Virus record (IMG/VR): IMGVR_UViG_3300028829_003504
Coordinates: 1-64,000 of that record
Strand: one strand, 5' to 3'
Length of the DNA: 64,000 bases
How positions within the stretch are numbered: the first letter of the stretch is position 1; each line of letters begins with the position of its first letter. The translations under genes were made by a program, and so were the position numbers. Below are positions 20,694-30,297 of this stretch, one piece after another. The notes under the pieces were generated by a model. That model saw nothing but the letters and a program-made list of their open reading frames with translations. It did not search any database and was not told the origin of the DNA.

Positions 20694-21062
20694 ATGATAA
20701 ACATAGCATTAATTACCGATGGGTTTATAGAAGACTACCTGCTAGAAACAAGACTAGACTCGTTAATTAGTAAAACCATCAAAGCCCATCCTACTGCGAG
20801 AAGTCCAGCCGCGGTGAGATTACATATCCAATATTCTCCCGATGATTGTAATTTGTCATCAGACGTCCACAATTATATGCAAACATCATCCGTTGGTTTT
20901 CAGTCATACCACTCTATATCAAAAACCACCGCATCCAACACAGTTAAGAAAATGATGTTGTCCAATTGTGAGTACGCCATTCTATATATCACGATACCTA
21001 AACTACAAGAACAGGTTATAGCGTATTGTCGAAAACTCAATATCAAATTTCATCTAGGATAG
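20694..21062 (+). CDS. hypothetical protein, possibly degenerate SLOG/YspA-like
   Basis: Similar architecture to the next ORF (N-terminal beta strand, EYAILY, C-terminal C(R/K)K). Confidence 0.45.
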   Translation: MINIALITDGFIEDYLLETRLDSLISKTIKAHPTARSPAAVRLHIQYSPDDCNLSSDVHNYMQTSSVGFQSYHSISKTTASNTVKKMMLSNCEYAILYITIPKLQEQVIAYCRKLNIKFHLG

Positions 21063-21066
21063 CATT

Positions 21067-21411
21067 TTGAAAATAGGAATAGTAGGTCCCGAGGGATACA
21101 AGAACCCTGATATACTTTCTATAATAGGGAAAGTAGTTACCAAGGTTATGAAAGCCCATAACTTGACCGAAGAACATATACAGCTACAGGTTATAGGAGC
21201 AGACAATGTCTCTTCATCCGTATTAGACTTTATTACGGACAGGTCATTTCAATATTACTCGACAGGCAGGTGGTTACGAAAAGACGCCCTACCTACTATG
21301 GCAGGAAGAATCGACTACGCTTTAATCTTCTCACCGAGTAGTGAGGAATGCTTAGAGATGTTCGTTGAGGAGTGTAAGAAGTTCAAAGTAAAAAGGAAAG
21401 TCATACTATGA
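21067..21411 (+). CDS. SLOG/YspA-like protein
   Basis: MKIGIVG...GADNV...DYALIF...MFVEECKK pattern. Confidence 0.45.
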   Translation: MKIGIVGPEGYKNPDILSIIGKVVTKVMKAHNLTEEHIQLQVIGADNVSSSVLDFITDRSFQYYSTGRWLRKDALPTMAGRIDYALIFSPSSEECLEMFVEECKKFKVKRKVIL

Positions 21412-21845
21412 AAGAAGTGGACGTGGCCTCTATAAAGACTACATGCCTGGAGTATGGTAACTTCAAGTTTAGCGTATCTTCCAACTGTACCTCTCTTGAC
21501 CATCCTGATAGCCTAGAAGTATCAGTGGATTTTAGCTGTAAGGTTAATACTAATAGTCAATTCTTTATAGTTATCGTAGTACCTAATAGTAATAAAAGGA
21601 ATTTAGATTTCCACATGACCTATCCGTCAGACTTGGAACCTCATACAACTTCACATGAAATAGTCCCAGTAGTCAACTATGAGGAGCTAACATCATGTGT
21701 TTCTATGATAATAGGAATACTCGGTCGGGTTTATGGCCAAACCTACAAAGAACTACATCAATTTAATAGCCCTCTATTGTCTATTATATCTATACTTTTC
21801 TTTGAAGTAATAGGCTTTAGCGGTATAGGAAATGAGCCTCATTAA
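21408..21845 (+). CDS. hypothetical protein
   Basis: 145 aa ORF overlapping the previous stop (ATGA). Confidence 0.5.
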   Translation: MKEVDVASIKTTCLEYGNFKFSVSSNCTSLDHPDSLEVSVDFSCKVNTNSQFFIVIVVPNSNKRNLDFHMTYPSDLEPHTTSHEIVPVVNYEELTSCVSMIIGILGRVYGQTYKELHQFNSPLLSIISILFFEVIGFSGIGNEPH

Positions 21846-21924
21846 ACTTATATTCGTAATTTAATCAATGATGAAAGCAACAGCTTTTGTTACACTTTAA
21901 AGTAACTGAGAGGTAACCTCCCCT

Positions 21925-23601
21925 ATGAAGGCACATACTATTGATGTCTTAGGTAGATGTACACTACCTGGCCTACCAAATAACGACCTAGATGCGGCTC
22001 CAAAGCTCTACGTCGATTTAGCGACGGCTGGTGGTATATTTATCACAGATATTACACCGACTAACGAAGGTGGTAACAACATAGTTGGTCTAAAGACCTA
22101 TGAAGCAGATACAATTCCTGCGGATTTCTTAATGACCAATGGCATTACAAACGTTGCGGCTATACGCATCCATTTCCTAGCTGAGCCAAAACATGCGCTA
22201 TATAAGCTTGCAGTTATAGCTAAGTACGCAGATGGAGCTAGCGAAGTTGCGGCACAAAGTATTACACAACATGCAAACGACATGCGTATGTATGAAGGCT
22301 ACGTGGATATAGTAGTTGACGACCAGAAGATGGAAGAAACTATTACACTGGTTTCTTCTACAGGGACAGAAGCTACTGTCCACCTTGATCTATTAATAGG
22401 CGGTCCTGAAGTTTCGGCCTTTACTATCGGTTCATTGCCTGATGGTCAAACTGAACTTAAGGAAGGTGACGTAGTTTCAGTTAGCGGCGTAGTATCTAAC
22501 GATGCAACCTCGGTTAAGGTCCTTAACTCGGGAGTATCAATAGATTCCCATAACTTAAGTATAGGTGAAGAAGACTCAGGCGGTGCGGGTTCTCGTACTT
22601 TCTCAGGCTCTGTGACTGTATCTAGCCTAAGTGGATCGCTGGTAGCACAAGCTGTCGGTACGAACATGTTAGGTACTGAAGGCGATGCGTTTGATAGTAA
22701 CTCTGTTACGTTAAACCAGACACATCCTTCAATAGGTGCTGCAACTTATTCTTATCCTGGTACGCAAGAAGCAATTAAGGAAAGCGAAAGCGTAGGCATT
22801 GACGTTACTATTACTGATGCCGACGACTACGACTATTCTGCCGCAGCGGGTCTTTCGATTGACTCGCCTTCGGACTATTCAGTTTCTAAAACTGTTACCC
22901 GTGAAGATGAAACGATTCAATATAGCGTAGATGCTGACCTATTAACTATCACAGCCACTAAAGAAAGTAACGGTGCTGTTACTGTTAAGACTTTTAGCAT
23001 TAACGTAGTAAACACTCCGCCTAGTGCTGCCCTTTCTTTCGTAGGCAATCCAGCCCGTTTAAGATCTGATGCCAATGGAGAGACGTATAAGTTACAGATT
23101 ACTCCTAACCAACCTCTACTTAACGCACCTGACGCCCTTATGTCTGCTGCTAATGCTGGTGAGTTTACAGGTAATTGGTCTACATCTGGTCAGAACTACC
23201 GTCACAATTTTAAAGTTGTCGATACTGACTTACGTGGCGTACATAATTGGGATGGTCTTATTATTACAGGTCTTTCTGGTATACAGGCAAGCACAATCAC
23301 TAGTGGTTCTATCTATGAAATAGGTGGCTTCCTTGCTCGTACGCTTACTATACCTGCTTTAGCTCAGTTCGCCTCGATAGGTGCATTCGTATCAGACTTC
23401 TCTAAAGTCCGCGCAATGTACGTTGGTGCCGACGAGTTAGTCCGTCAGGTTGATTTGGCTCAAGTTGTTAAAGCATTCACTATCGTAGATTCAGGCGGCG
23501 CTTTAGATAACAACGGTGATCACCTATTCTTAAATGATGCAAACTTTGCAGGTACTAATACAACAGGTACCCTGCAGGTTGAAGTGGAGGAGTTAGAATA
23601 A
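21925..23601 (+). CDS. Ig-like repeat virion/fibre protein
   Basis: 558 aa, T/S/G/V-rich beta repeats, preceded by a TAATTT motif. Confidence 0.55.
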   Translation: MKAHTIDVLGRCTLPGLPNNDLDAAPKLYVDLATAGGIFITDITPTNEGGNNIVGLKTYEADTIPADFLMTNGITNVAAIRIHFLAEPKHALYKLAVIAKYADGASEVAAQSITQHANDMRMYEGYVDIVVDDQKMEETITLVSSTGTEATVHLDLLIGGPEVSAFTIGSLPDGQTELKEGDVVSVSGVVSNDATSVKVLNSGVSIDSHNLSIGEEDSGGAGSRTFSGSVTVSSLSGSLVAQAVGTNMLGTEGDAFDSNSVTLNQTHPSIGAATYSYPGTQEAIKESESVGIDVTITDADDYDYSAAAGLSIDSPSDYSVSKTVTREDETIQYSVDADLLTITATKESNGAVTVKTFSINVVNTPPSAALSFVGNPARLRSDANGETYKLQITPNQPLLNAPDALMSAANAGEFTGNWSTSGQNYRHNFKVVDTDLRGVHNWDGLIITGLSGIQASTITSGSIYEIGGFLARTLTIPALAQFASIGAFVSDFSKVRAMYVGADELVRQVDLAQVVKAFTIVDSGGALDNNGDHLFLNDANFAGTNTTGTLQVEVEELE

Positions 23602-24008
23602 TGACTGCATTTACTGACTTTATTCAAGTAGAACTTCCTAAGAGACCTTACTTAGAAAGTGACGTACCTAAGAACTCTGTTATTATACGTAATGGAGCAG
23701 GCCCTCGTCAATTAGATGGTATACAACTGCTACCTGGGCAGATCATTATGAACATAGGTGGGACGGTACAAGCTGTGGCTATTGAGGATGTAGCGGGTAA
23801 TACCTCCACATTCGTGCAGCTGGTAGAAACCGCCTCGGCTCAATGGACATTGAATCACGGAGGTAGCTCCGAGAATGTGTTAATTGCACTGTATGATACC
23901 TCTGGACGTTATATGATTCCTGATGAAATCACAATTGTAGACGGTGATACAATTACTGTAGACTTTGGTACTGCTATCGACGGTAAAGCCGTTGTGCTAT
24001 ACTTCTAG
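23601..24008 (+). CDS. tail-fibre-associated protein
   Basis: WTLNH...V.ALYD..G....PD.I..VD.DTITVDF...G.AVV motif typical of fibre-associated domains. Confidence 0.6.
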   Translation: MTAFTDFIQVELPKRPYLESDVPKNSVIIRNGAGPRQLDGIQLLPGQIIMNIGGTVQAVAIEDVAGNTSTFVQLVETASAQWTLNHGGSSENVLIALYDTSGRYMIPDEITIVDGDTITVDFGTAIDGKAVVLYF

Positions 24009-24057
24009 TAGGTATTAGCCTAGTGTGGGGACTTCGGTCCTCGCTCTTGGCTTTAAT

Positions 24058-24546
24058 ATGGGAAAGCTTAACAGGAAGATAGTAACCGAAGGGTTGACTA
24101 AAGCTTCTACTAACTACTGGGTTAAAAAATTATATTCCGTGTATACGGAAGTTGGACTCCAGAAGAAAACAAAGGGCGCTATTCGTGCCGACGTAATTGC
24201 TTTCAATATGAAGCAGCAGTTTATTATTAGTGAAATCAAAAGTTGCTGGAGTGACTATACCAGTGATAATAAATGGTCCACATATCTACCTTTCTCCAAC
24301 AAAATGTACTTTGTTTTACATAGAGGACTATGTGATACAGACAAAGGCAAAATCATTTGTGAAGACGCCAAGTTCCAAGGCGTAGGCGTAATGCGCTTAG
24401 GTACAGATGGTACTCTATCCGTTGTCCAGAATGCTAAGAGCAGAGAGTTAGACCCTGACCGAAAACAATGGCTTTTAACTAAACTAGCTTGGCGTGGCGG
24501 GCAAAGCCGCTACAATATGAAAAAAATTAAAAGAGTCTACATATAG
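24058..24546 (+). CDS. MmcB-like PD-(D/E)xK nuclease
   Basis: RADVIA...ISEIKS..SDY.SDNKW..YLPFSNKMYF; ATG at 24058 preferred over GTG at 24025. Confidence 0.75.
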   Translation: MGKLNRKIVTEGLTKASTNYWVKKLYSVYTEVGLQKKTKGAIRADVIAFNMKQQFIISEIKSCWSDYTSDNKWSTYLPFSNKMYFVLHRGLCDTDKGKIICEDAKFQGVGVMRLGTDGTLSVVQNAKSRELDPDRKQWLLTKLAWRGGQSRYNMKKIKRVYI

Positions 24547-24553
24547 GACTACT

Positions 24554-24751
24554 ATGAAGCTAAACGAATTTCCAGTTGGTTGTACTGAAAACGGAACAAC
24601 TCTTTACGTAGACGTTGCGGCGGCTACTTCGCAAGAAGCACAGGCATTTATTGAACTCAATAGGCCTAGACTTGATATCATACATGTAGGTGAGTCATTA
24701 GGTGAGGTCAAAGTACCTAAGCCTATGATAATGCGACTACGCGCCTCATAA
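24554..24751 (+). CDS. hypothetical protein
   Basis: 65 aa with AGGA RBS. Confidence 0.6.
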   Translation: MKLNEFPVGCTENGTTLYVDVAAATSQEAQAFIELNRPRLDIIHVGESLGEVKVPKPMIMRLRAS

Positions 24752-24759
24752 GGAATACT

Positions 24760-25014
24760 ATGAAGCCCATTGAAATAAGCCTTTCGGCATCTCCCGTTGA
24801 AAAGAAAACAATAGAACTAGCTTTACTGAAAGAGTCACTAGAGGCAGCTAAAGAGAAGCTACCTATCTTAGTGAAAGCTTTACGTATGCAAGACTCTCAA
24901 AAAGGTAAGACTAAATACCGCTTACAGATAAAGAAACTTAACTTGAACATTAAGAAGAAATCCAAGAAAATCCAAAAAGTTTCTTTAACCCTACGTAAAA
25001 CTAAACGAGGTTAA
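24760..25014 (+). CDS. small basic coiled-coil protein with ISLS leader
   Basis: 84 aa, MKPIEISLS start, Lys-rich. Confidence 0.6.
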   Translation: MKPIEISLSASPVEKKTIELALLKESLEAAKEKLPILVKALRMQDSQKGKTKYRLQIKKLNLNIKKKSKKIQKVSLTLRKTKRG

Positions 25015-25015
25015 T

Positions 25016-25918
25016 ATGCAGACATTTATTGTAGAGTCAGCTGCAAAAGTACGAAAAGGAAATCTACCTAAAGAAGCCGTTGCGTATCGCTCAGTAGGAC
25101 GCGTTAAAGTAGAAGATGATAAGCATGAATCCGATATTAAGAAGGGCGAGAAATTCTACTTGATGGAATTCCGTAAGAAGTTTTATCTGCTTGACGTTGA
25201 AGGCAATGATATATACAAGTTTGCCATTGATGAAAAGACCTACAGACGTATATCTAAGAAGCATACCTTGTTGTCGGCTCCTAAATTTAAGTCAAAGCCG
25301 CTACCTGTCAAATTCAATAAACCCAATTACGGTTTCATTAAATCCGAAGTCCGTAAAGCAATGCAGCTTGTTAATGACGACCCCGGCCTTGCAGGTATCA
25401 TTGATGTCCTATACCGCGAAGACCATACGCATATAATCGTATACGGTTCGGCCAAAGGCTCGACTGTTACCTTGACTCACGTTTCTAAAGGCAAATGGTC
25501 TGCGGGTAGTTACGACGGAGAAAGTGTTGAGTATAGAAGCCCTACTAAACTTGAAGTAGCGTTTGCTCAAGCTAAAGCTATGTCGTTACCTAGCTGGAAG
25601 GGAGGTAAGCCTACGGCTAAAGCCGCTCCTGGTGATTTATTGAAGTATTTAGAAGACAACGTACATTTTAATTCCAGAACCGCCAACGTAAATTCTTTCC
25701 TTGTATCAGGTGATAAGAACCGTATTGACATTGATGCCGAAACAAGAGGCTATCCTGAAGATGCAGCGCGAGCCTTGCGTAGTAAACTAAACTCAAGTAA
25801 GATCAAGCAGTTGATTACTGAGGGTGGCTGGAAAGAAACTAATTTTAGCTCAGGCGAGGGCGACGATAGCAACTATGCTGGAGACCATGCCGCCTCCTCT
25901 ATAACTTACAAGCGATAG
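25016..25918 (+). CDS. basic protein of the 10628/11337 family
   Basis: Shares HES.IKKGEKFYL...DVEG..IY.F.IDEKT with 10628. Confidence 0.75.
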   Translation: MQTFIVESAAKVRKGNLPKEAVAYRSVGRVKVEDDKHESDIKKGEKFYLMEFRKKFYLLDVEGNDIYKFAIDEKTYRRISKKHTLLSAPKFKSKPLPVKFNKPNYGFIKSEVRKAMQLVNDDPGLAGIIDVLYREDHTHIIVYGSAKGSTVTLTHVSKGKWSAGSYDGESVEYRSPTKLEVAFAQAKAMSLPSWKGGKPTAKAAPGDLLKYLEDNVHFNSRTANVNSFLVSGDKNRIDIDAETRGYPEDAARALRSKLNSSKIKQLITEGGWKETNFSSGEGDDSNYAGDHAASSITYKR

Positions 25919-25925
25919 GATACTC

Positions 25926-26402
25926 ATGGAAATTTTCATTAGTGAGAGCAAGACTCGTATAAGCGAAAGCACGTTACCTAAGTTTAAGAAGCCTCGTAAG
26001 CAAGGGGCCGTCATACCTTACATGTTCGACGATAAAGGTAATATACTGATTGTCCTTATCAAGTCAAAGCATGGCGGTAACTGGGGTCTTCCTAAAGGTG
26101 CTATTGAAAAGCATCTTACCAATAAGAAAAGTGCAAAGATGGAAGCACTTGAAGAAGCAGGACTTAAAGGTAAAATGGGTATGAAGATAGGTGAATATGA
26201 ATACGTTAAAGGTCTTACTGAACGTAAGCAGCATGTACGCGTATACCCTATGTTAGTTAAGAAGATGCTAAAGACCTACCTAGAAAGCAAATGGCGGATA
26301 CGTGAAGTAATGCCTGCACATAAAGCTATTAAGAAACTCAAAAAGAAGCAGTCTGTTTTGGTCAAGGCCCTTGTTTTAGAATTGTCTAAGCAAAGACTAT
26401 AA
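25926..26402 (+). CDS. Nudix hydrolase
   Basis: WGLPKG...AKMEALEEAG Nudix box; MEIFISES leader. Confidence 0.85.
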   Translation: MEIFISESKTRISESTLPKFKKPRKQGAVIPYMFDDKGNILIVLIKSKHGGNWGLPKGAIEKHLTNKKSAKMEALEEAGLKGKMGMKIGEYEYVKGLTERKQHVRVYPMLVKKMLKTYLESKWRIREVMPAHKAIKKLKKKQSVLVKALVLELSKQRL

Positions 26403-26483
26403 GACCTTACATGGTGCAGTACACGTAGATTAGCTCCATCGGCGCTAACTTAAATAATAAGAATTAAACCTTAAGGCCAAAAT

Positions 26484-27125
26484 ATGTTACCTATATCCAT
26501 AAAATTAAACCCTCTAGACTCAGAATCGAATCTTCTTCAATACCTTCCTGACTTTGAAGAAGGGGAATCTACCTCGTCTCTCATAGAGAGTACAGAGAAG
26601 AAATTTGGTTCTATTGTAGTTTACCTACATGCGCTAGGTTCTTATAACTACCGTATTGAATGGTTCAGCAAAATGACAGGTGCATCTACTAGTCTTGTCA
26701 GATCATCTAAAGGAAAGTACTTAGTTGTACGTAAATGGGCAGCTATTAAAAAGATGCCTGATGTAAGCTCACTGTTTACAAGCCGCAAACAGGCGCTAAT
26801 ACACTTTTTATCTAATGTGGACGTTATCAAAGCTGCGGATACTACTATGAATTCCGCAAAGCAGTTATGCTTAGAACTATTTGCCAAACAGGAAGGCTTG
26901 AAAGAGATTAAGCCTACACGCTTCCCTAGAATTAGAATGCAGGGTGCAATAGGAAGACGTATTGAAGTACGTGCACCTAATAGTACGAAAGACAGAGTAG
27001 TAGCCTATGGAGTTCTACTACAAATAATAGGAAACCTCGCCGAAGTTAAGATAACTGAACGAATCGATCTTTCTAACCCGAGTGATTTCCAGAAATTCCC
27101 AATGAAGCAGATTTACTTACCTTAA
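26484..27125 (+). CDS. hypothetical protein
   Basis: 213 aa ORF. Confidence 0.65.
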   Translation: MLPISIKLNPLDSESNLLQYLPDFEEGESTSSLIESTEKKFGSIVVYLHALGSYNYRIEWFSKMTGASTSLVRSSKGKYLVVRKWAAIKKMPDVSSLFTSRKQALIHFLSNVDVIKAADTTMNSAKQLCLELFAKQEGLKEIKPTRFPRIRMQGAIGRRIEVRAPNSTKDRVVAYGVLLQIIGNLAEVKITERIDLSNPSDFQKFPMKQIYLP

Positions 27126-27135
27126 GGGGAAATTC

Positions 27136-27516
27136 ATGAGACCTATACTAATTAGTCTATCTAAATCAGGGTTTAGTACAGACCCTAAGAGAATCCTCTC
27201 TCGCATAAAAGATTACGTAGCAGGACGACCTACCAATTTCGCATCACATGGTAACTTATGCTACGGCGTAGTGGCGGACTATATTAAAGCTCTAGGTGAT
27301 ACCTCGGGATACACTATAGTTCTTTTAGGTTCTGGTGACTATAGTATACATGGCATATTACTTGATCCAAAAGGCGAAGTAGTAGCAGATAAACAAGAAG
27401 GTTTAGGTAAATGGGATGGTAAGAAGTACAACAAACGTAAAGTGCTTACTAGAAAAGGAATTAAGACTTTACCTAAACCTATCTCATACTCAGTGGTTCT
27501 AAAGGAATCACTTTAG
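27136..27516 (+). CDS. hypothetical protein with ISLS leader
   Basis: 126 aa, MRPILISLS start; GNLCY...H pattern could be a papain-like/transglutaminase-like core (weak). Confidence 0.55.
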   Translation: MRPILISLSKSGFSTDPKRILSRIKDYVAGRPTNFASHGNLCYGVVADYIKALGDTSGYTIVLLGSGDYSIHGILLDPKGEVVADKQEGLGKWDGKKYNKRKVLTRKGIKTLPKPISYSVVLKESL

Positions 27517-27525
27517 GAAAAATAC

Positions 27526-29187
27526 ATGAAACAATTTACATCAATCAGTGCTGTAGATACTGACTCGGTGAAGGCATTTTCTCAGGTAATGGTATACTTG
27601 GCATACATGCGAGGAATCGGTGCCTTATCAAACTCTGCTTTGAAAACACTAGCCTCTCTAGAATCTAGATCTTATCCTTTCCTTGAGAGATTCAAAATAA
27701 GAAAGCCCTTATTCAAACGTATTATTGAAGATACAAGTAACAATGAATACGACGAAGATGATTGGTTGGCCTTAGTTAAAATACTTAGAGCCAAAAAAGA
27801 TATCATACATGCTGAGACTGACATAGACACTCACTTCTATAAACTAATATTCGATTGTGCTAGCTATATGATACGAGGCACGGATAGTGCATTAGTCCGT
27901 ATAGGTAAGGCTGTGTCTCACTTCCAAGACCCGAACTTGGGCCGAATGTTCTTAACATCCGTTGCAGACCAAGGTGACATATTAACTAAATTGAAGACAA
28001 TAGTACGACGGATGGTTAAACGCGATGGCCTTGAGATAGACGCCGACGAACGTAAAGTACTTAAGGTTAAAAAGCCCGATCTACTTAAACAGTACAACAA
28101 GTTACGCCGCGATCTTAATGCCGTACCTAAAGACTTTGTGTCCTCCTATATAAGACAAACTGGTAATAGTTTAGTAGCGATACATGAAGTTATTGACCAA
28201 CTCCATAAAGCAGGTATCAAGCACCATAGTATACCTAGAGGTTTCAAAGGCTATTTGGATGATACTCTTTCATTTTATACAGAAGCTAAGTTGAAGCTTA
28301 ACGGGGTTCCTGCAGGTGAAGTCTTAATGAATCCCTCATACGATCCTAAGAAAGATAACGGGTACGTGTGTCAGGCTAAAGCTCCTATGGCAAAAGACTA
28401 TTCTCGTATATATACGGTCAAATTCAAATCAGATAGCACAAAGAAGAAATTTGATGCTGTAGGTAATCTATCTACTAAGGTAAGTTCTATTAGGGCCAAG
28501 TGGCTCTCTGACTTACGTAAAGGTACTGCCGAACGTGCTGCTGTTCTAGCTATGTGCTGTGAACTGATTTACTTGACTTCCGCCAGAATAGGTTCAACTA
28601 AAGGATCGACGGCTGGTGAGAAAACTTACGGTTTTACCTCACTGATAGTAGGCCACTATAAGAAGAAAGGTAAAGCTAGATTACTTGAATATAAAGGTAA
28701 GAAATCACAAACCCAGAGACATACCATTCCAGATAACCCCTTAAGTTCAAAAATCTGTATTGAGTATTTAGACGAAATGGTCATAGGCAAGAAACGCGCT
28801 GACCGATTGATTACTTTTAGGGGCAGGCCTGTCTCGCCTAAGTCCATTAACGATTATCTAAGAACTCTAGGTGTACCTGAAGGCGTTACTATACATAAGT
28901 TTAGAACTTTACGGGGGACTATGATAGCACGTAAAGCTATAGATAGAAGCCCTTTCAAGAATAGAACAAAACAACCTACACAGAAACAAGTAAACGATTG
29001 GTTGAAGAAAAGTTTAGAGAAGGTAGCCAAAGAGTTAGGCCACTTTAATAATGGTAAACTTACTGTTAATACCGCTATACAGAATTACATCGACCCGTCC
29101 ATACTTGAAGAATTCTATGAAGAAGCAGGAGTAAGACCTCTTGCTGTAATTGAACGTAGTATCAAGCTAGCCAAAGGCAATGTGTAA
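27526..29187 (+). CDS. DNA topoisomerase IB
   Basis: Catalytic pentad in order: SARIG (R), YKGKK (K), HKFRT (R), ELGH (H), QNYIDP (Y). Confidence 0.85.
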   Translation: MKQFTSISAVDTDSVKAFSQVMVYLAYMRGIGALSNSALKTLASLESRSYPFLERFKIRKPLFKRIIEDTSNNEYDEDDWLALVKILRAKKDIIHAETDIDTHFYKLIFDCASYMIRGTDSALVRIGKAVSHFQDPNLGRMFLTSVADQGDILTKLKTIVRRMVKRDGLEIDADERKVLKVKKPDLLKQYNKLRRDLNAVPKDFVSSYIRQTGNSLVAIHEVIDQLHKAGIKHHSIPRGFKGYLDDTLSFYTEAKLKLNGVPAGEVLMNPSYDPKKDNGYVCQAKAPMAKDYSRIYTVKFKSDSTKKKFDAVGNLSTKVSSIRAKWLSDLRKGTAERAAVLAMCCELIYLTSARIGSTKGSTAGEKTYGFTSLIVGHYKKKGKARLLEYKGKKSQTQRHTIPDNPLSSKICIEYLDEMVIGKKRADRLITFRGRPVSPKSINDYLRTLGVPEGVTIHKFRTLRGTMIARKAIDRSPFKNRTKQPTQKQVNDWLKKSLEKVAKELGHFNNGKLTVNTAIQNYIDPSILEEFYEEAGVRPLAVIERSIKLAKGNV

Positions 29188-29247
29188 ATATAGCCAAACA
29201 CATGCCTCTTAACCGGGGCCCTTAATTTTAAAGAAAGAGACTTAGGT

Positions 29248-30297
29248 ATGGTACCTTTATCCCACAACGTAAAATCCGTTAAATACGTAAGGTCACCCAG
29301 TGACGTATTTAAGTTAGAGCCACTTCCTGCGGGTATTAAAGAACAAACTATTGGTTTTAGAACACAGCTGGCACGTATACTAACAAACGACGACTACCGA
29401 CGTATTGTTATATTAGGCCCCTGTAGTATCCATGATACCGAAGCAGGTTTAGAGTACGCAAACTTAGTCAAAGAATGGCAAAAGAAGTTACCTCACCTGT
29501 TACTTGTTATGCGTGTTTATTTTGAAAAACCAAGAACAACTACAGGCTGGAAGGGATTCATCAACGACCCTAACTTGGATGGATCTTTTGATATCAATCT
29601 AGGCTTACTTAAGGCTCGTGATTTCTTAATCAAGATTGCCCAAATAGGCGTGCCTACTGCTACCGAGTTTCTCGATCCATTCACGCCGAACTACTTCAGG
29701 CATTTGTTTTCTTGGGGAGCTATAGGTGCAAGGACTCTAGAGTCTCAAATACACCGTGAACTTGCATCAGGTTTGCCTATGCCTATTGGCTTCAAGAACT
29801 CGACCGGCGGTAACTCTAAGTTATTGGTTAATGCTATTAAGTCCGCACGGAGTCCACACTCTTATTTAGGTATCGACTCCGAGGCAAGACTATCTATAAT
29901 GGAGTCTGAGGGTAATCCTTATGCACATACAGTCCTCAGAGGTTGCACCAATGGACCTAATTACAATAAGAACAGCTTAATGTCTACTACGGTGTTATTG
30001 CAGAGAAATAACGTAAGTGATAGTATAATTGTAGATTGTTCGCATGACAATTGTGACGGTGATTACAAAAAGCAGTATGGGATATCAAGATACGTATTCG
30101 CCGAGATTCGCCAAGGGCACTACAACGTTAAAGGTGTTATGCTTGAATCGTTCCTTGAGGAGGGACGACAATCTATAAGCGATTCACTGACTTACGGAAA
30201 GTCAATCACGGACCCTTGTTTAGGTAAAGCAACCACTGCGTCTCTTCTTATAGACTTAAATGGCCAAGCGTCTTCACTGGAGTTATACTATGCGTAA
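29248..30297 (+). CDS. class I DAHP synthase (AroF/G/H family)
   Basis: GPCSIHD, RVYFEKPRTTTGWKG, IGART, GFKN, VDCSH, GVMLES, YGKSITDPCL. Confidence 0.95.
   Translation: MVPLSHNVKSVKYVRSPSDVFKLEPLPAGIKEQTIGFRTQLARILTNDDYRRIVILGPCSIHDTEAGLEYANLVKEWQKKLPHLLLVMRVYFEKPRTTTGWKGFINDPNLDGSFDINLGLLKARDFLIKIAQIGVPTATEFLDPFTPNYFRHLFSWGAIGARTLESQIHRELASGLPMPIGFKNSTGGNSKLLVNAIKSARSPHSYLGIDSEARLSIMESEGNPYAHTVLRGCTNGPNYNKNSLMSTTVLLQRNNVSDSIIVDCSHDNCDGDYKKQYGISRYVFAEIRQGHYNVKGVMLESFLEEGRQSISDSLTYGKSITDPCLGKATTASLLIDLNGQASSLELYYA

Noticed and set aside
27526-29187. Tyrosine integrase indicating a prophage
   Set aside because: The motif pattern (KGK, HKFRT, YIDP) fits Topo IB, and there are no att sites, repressor or host genes.
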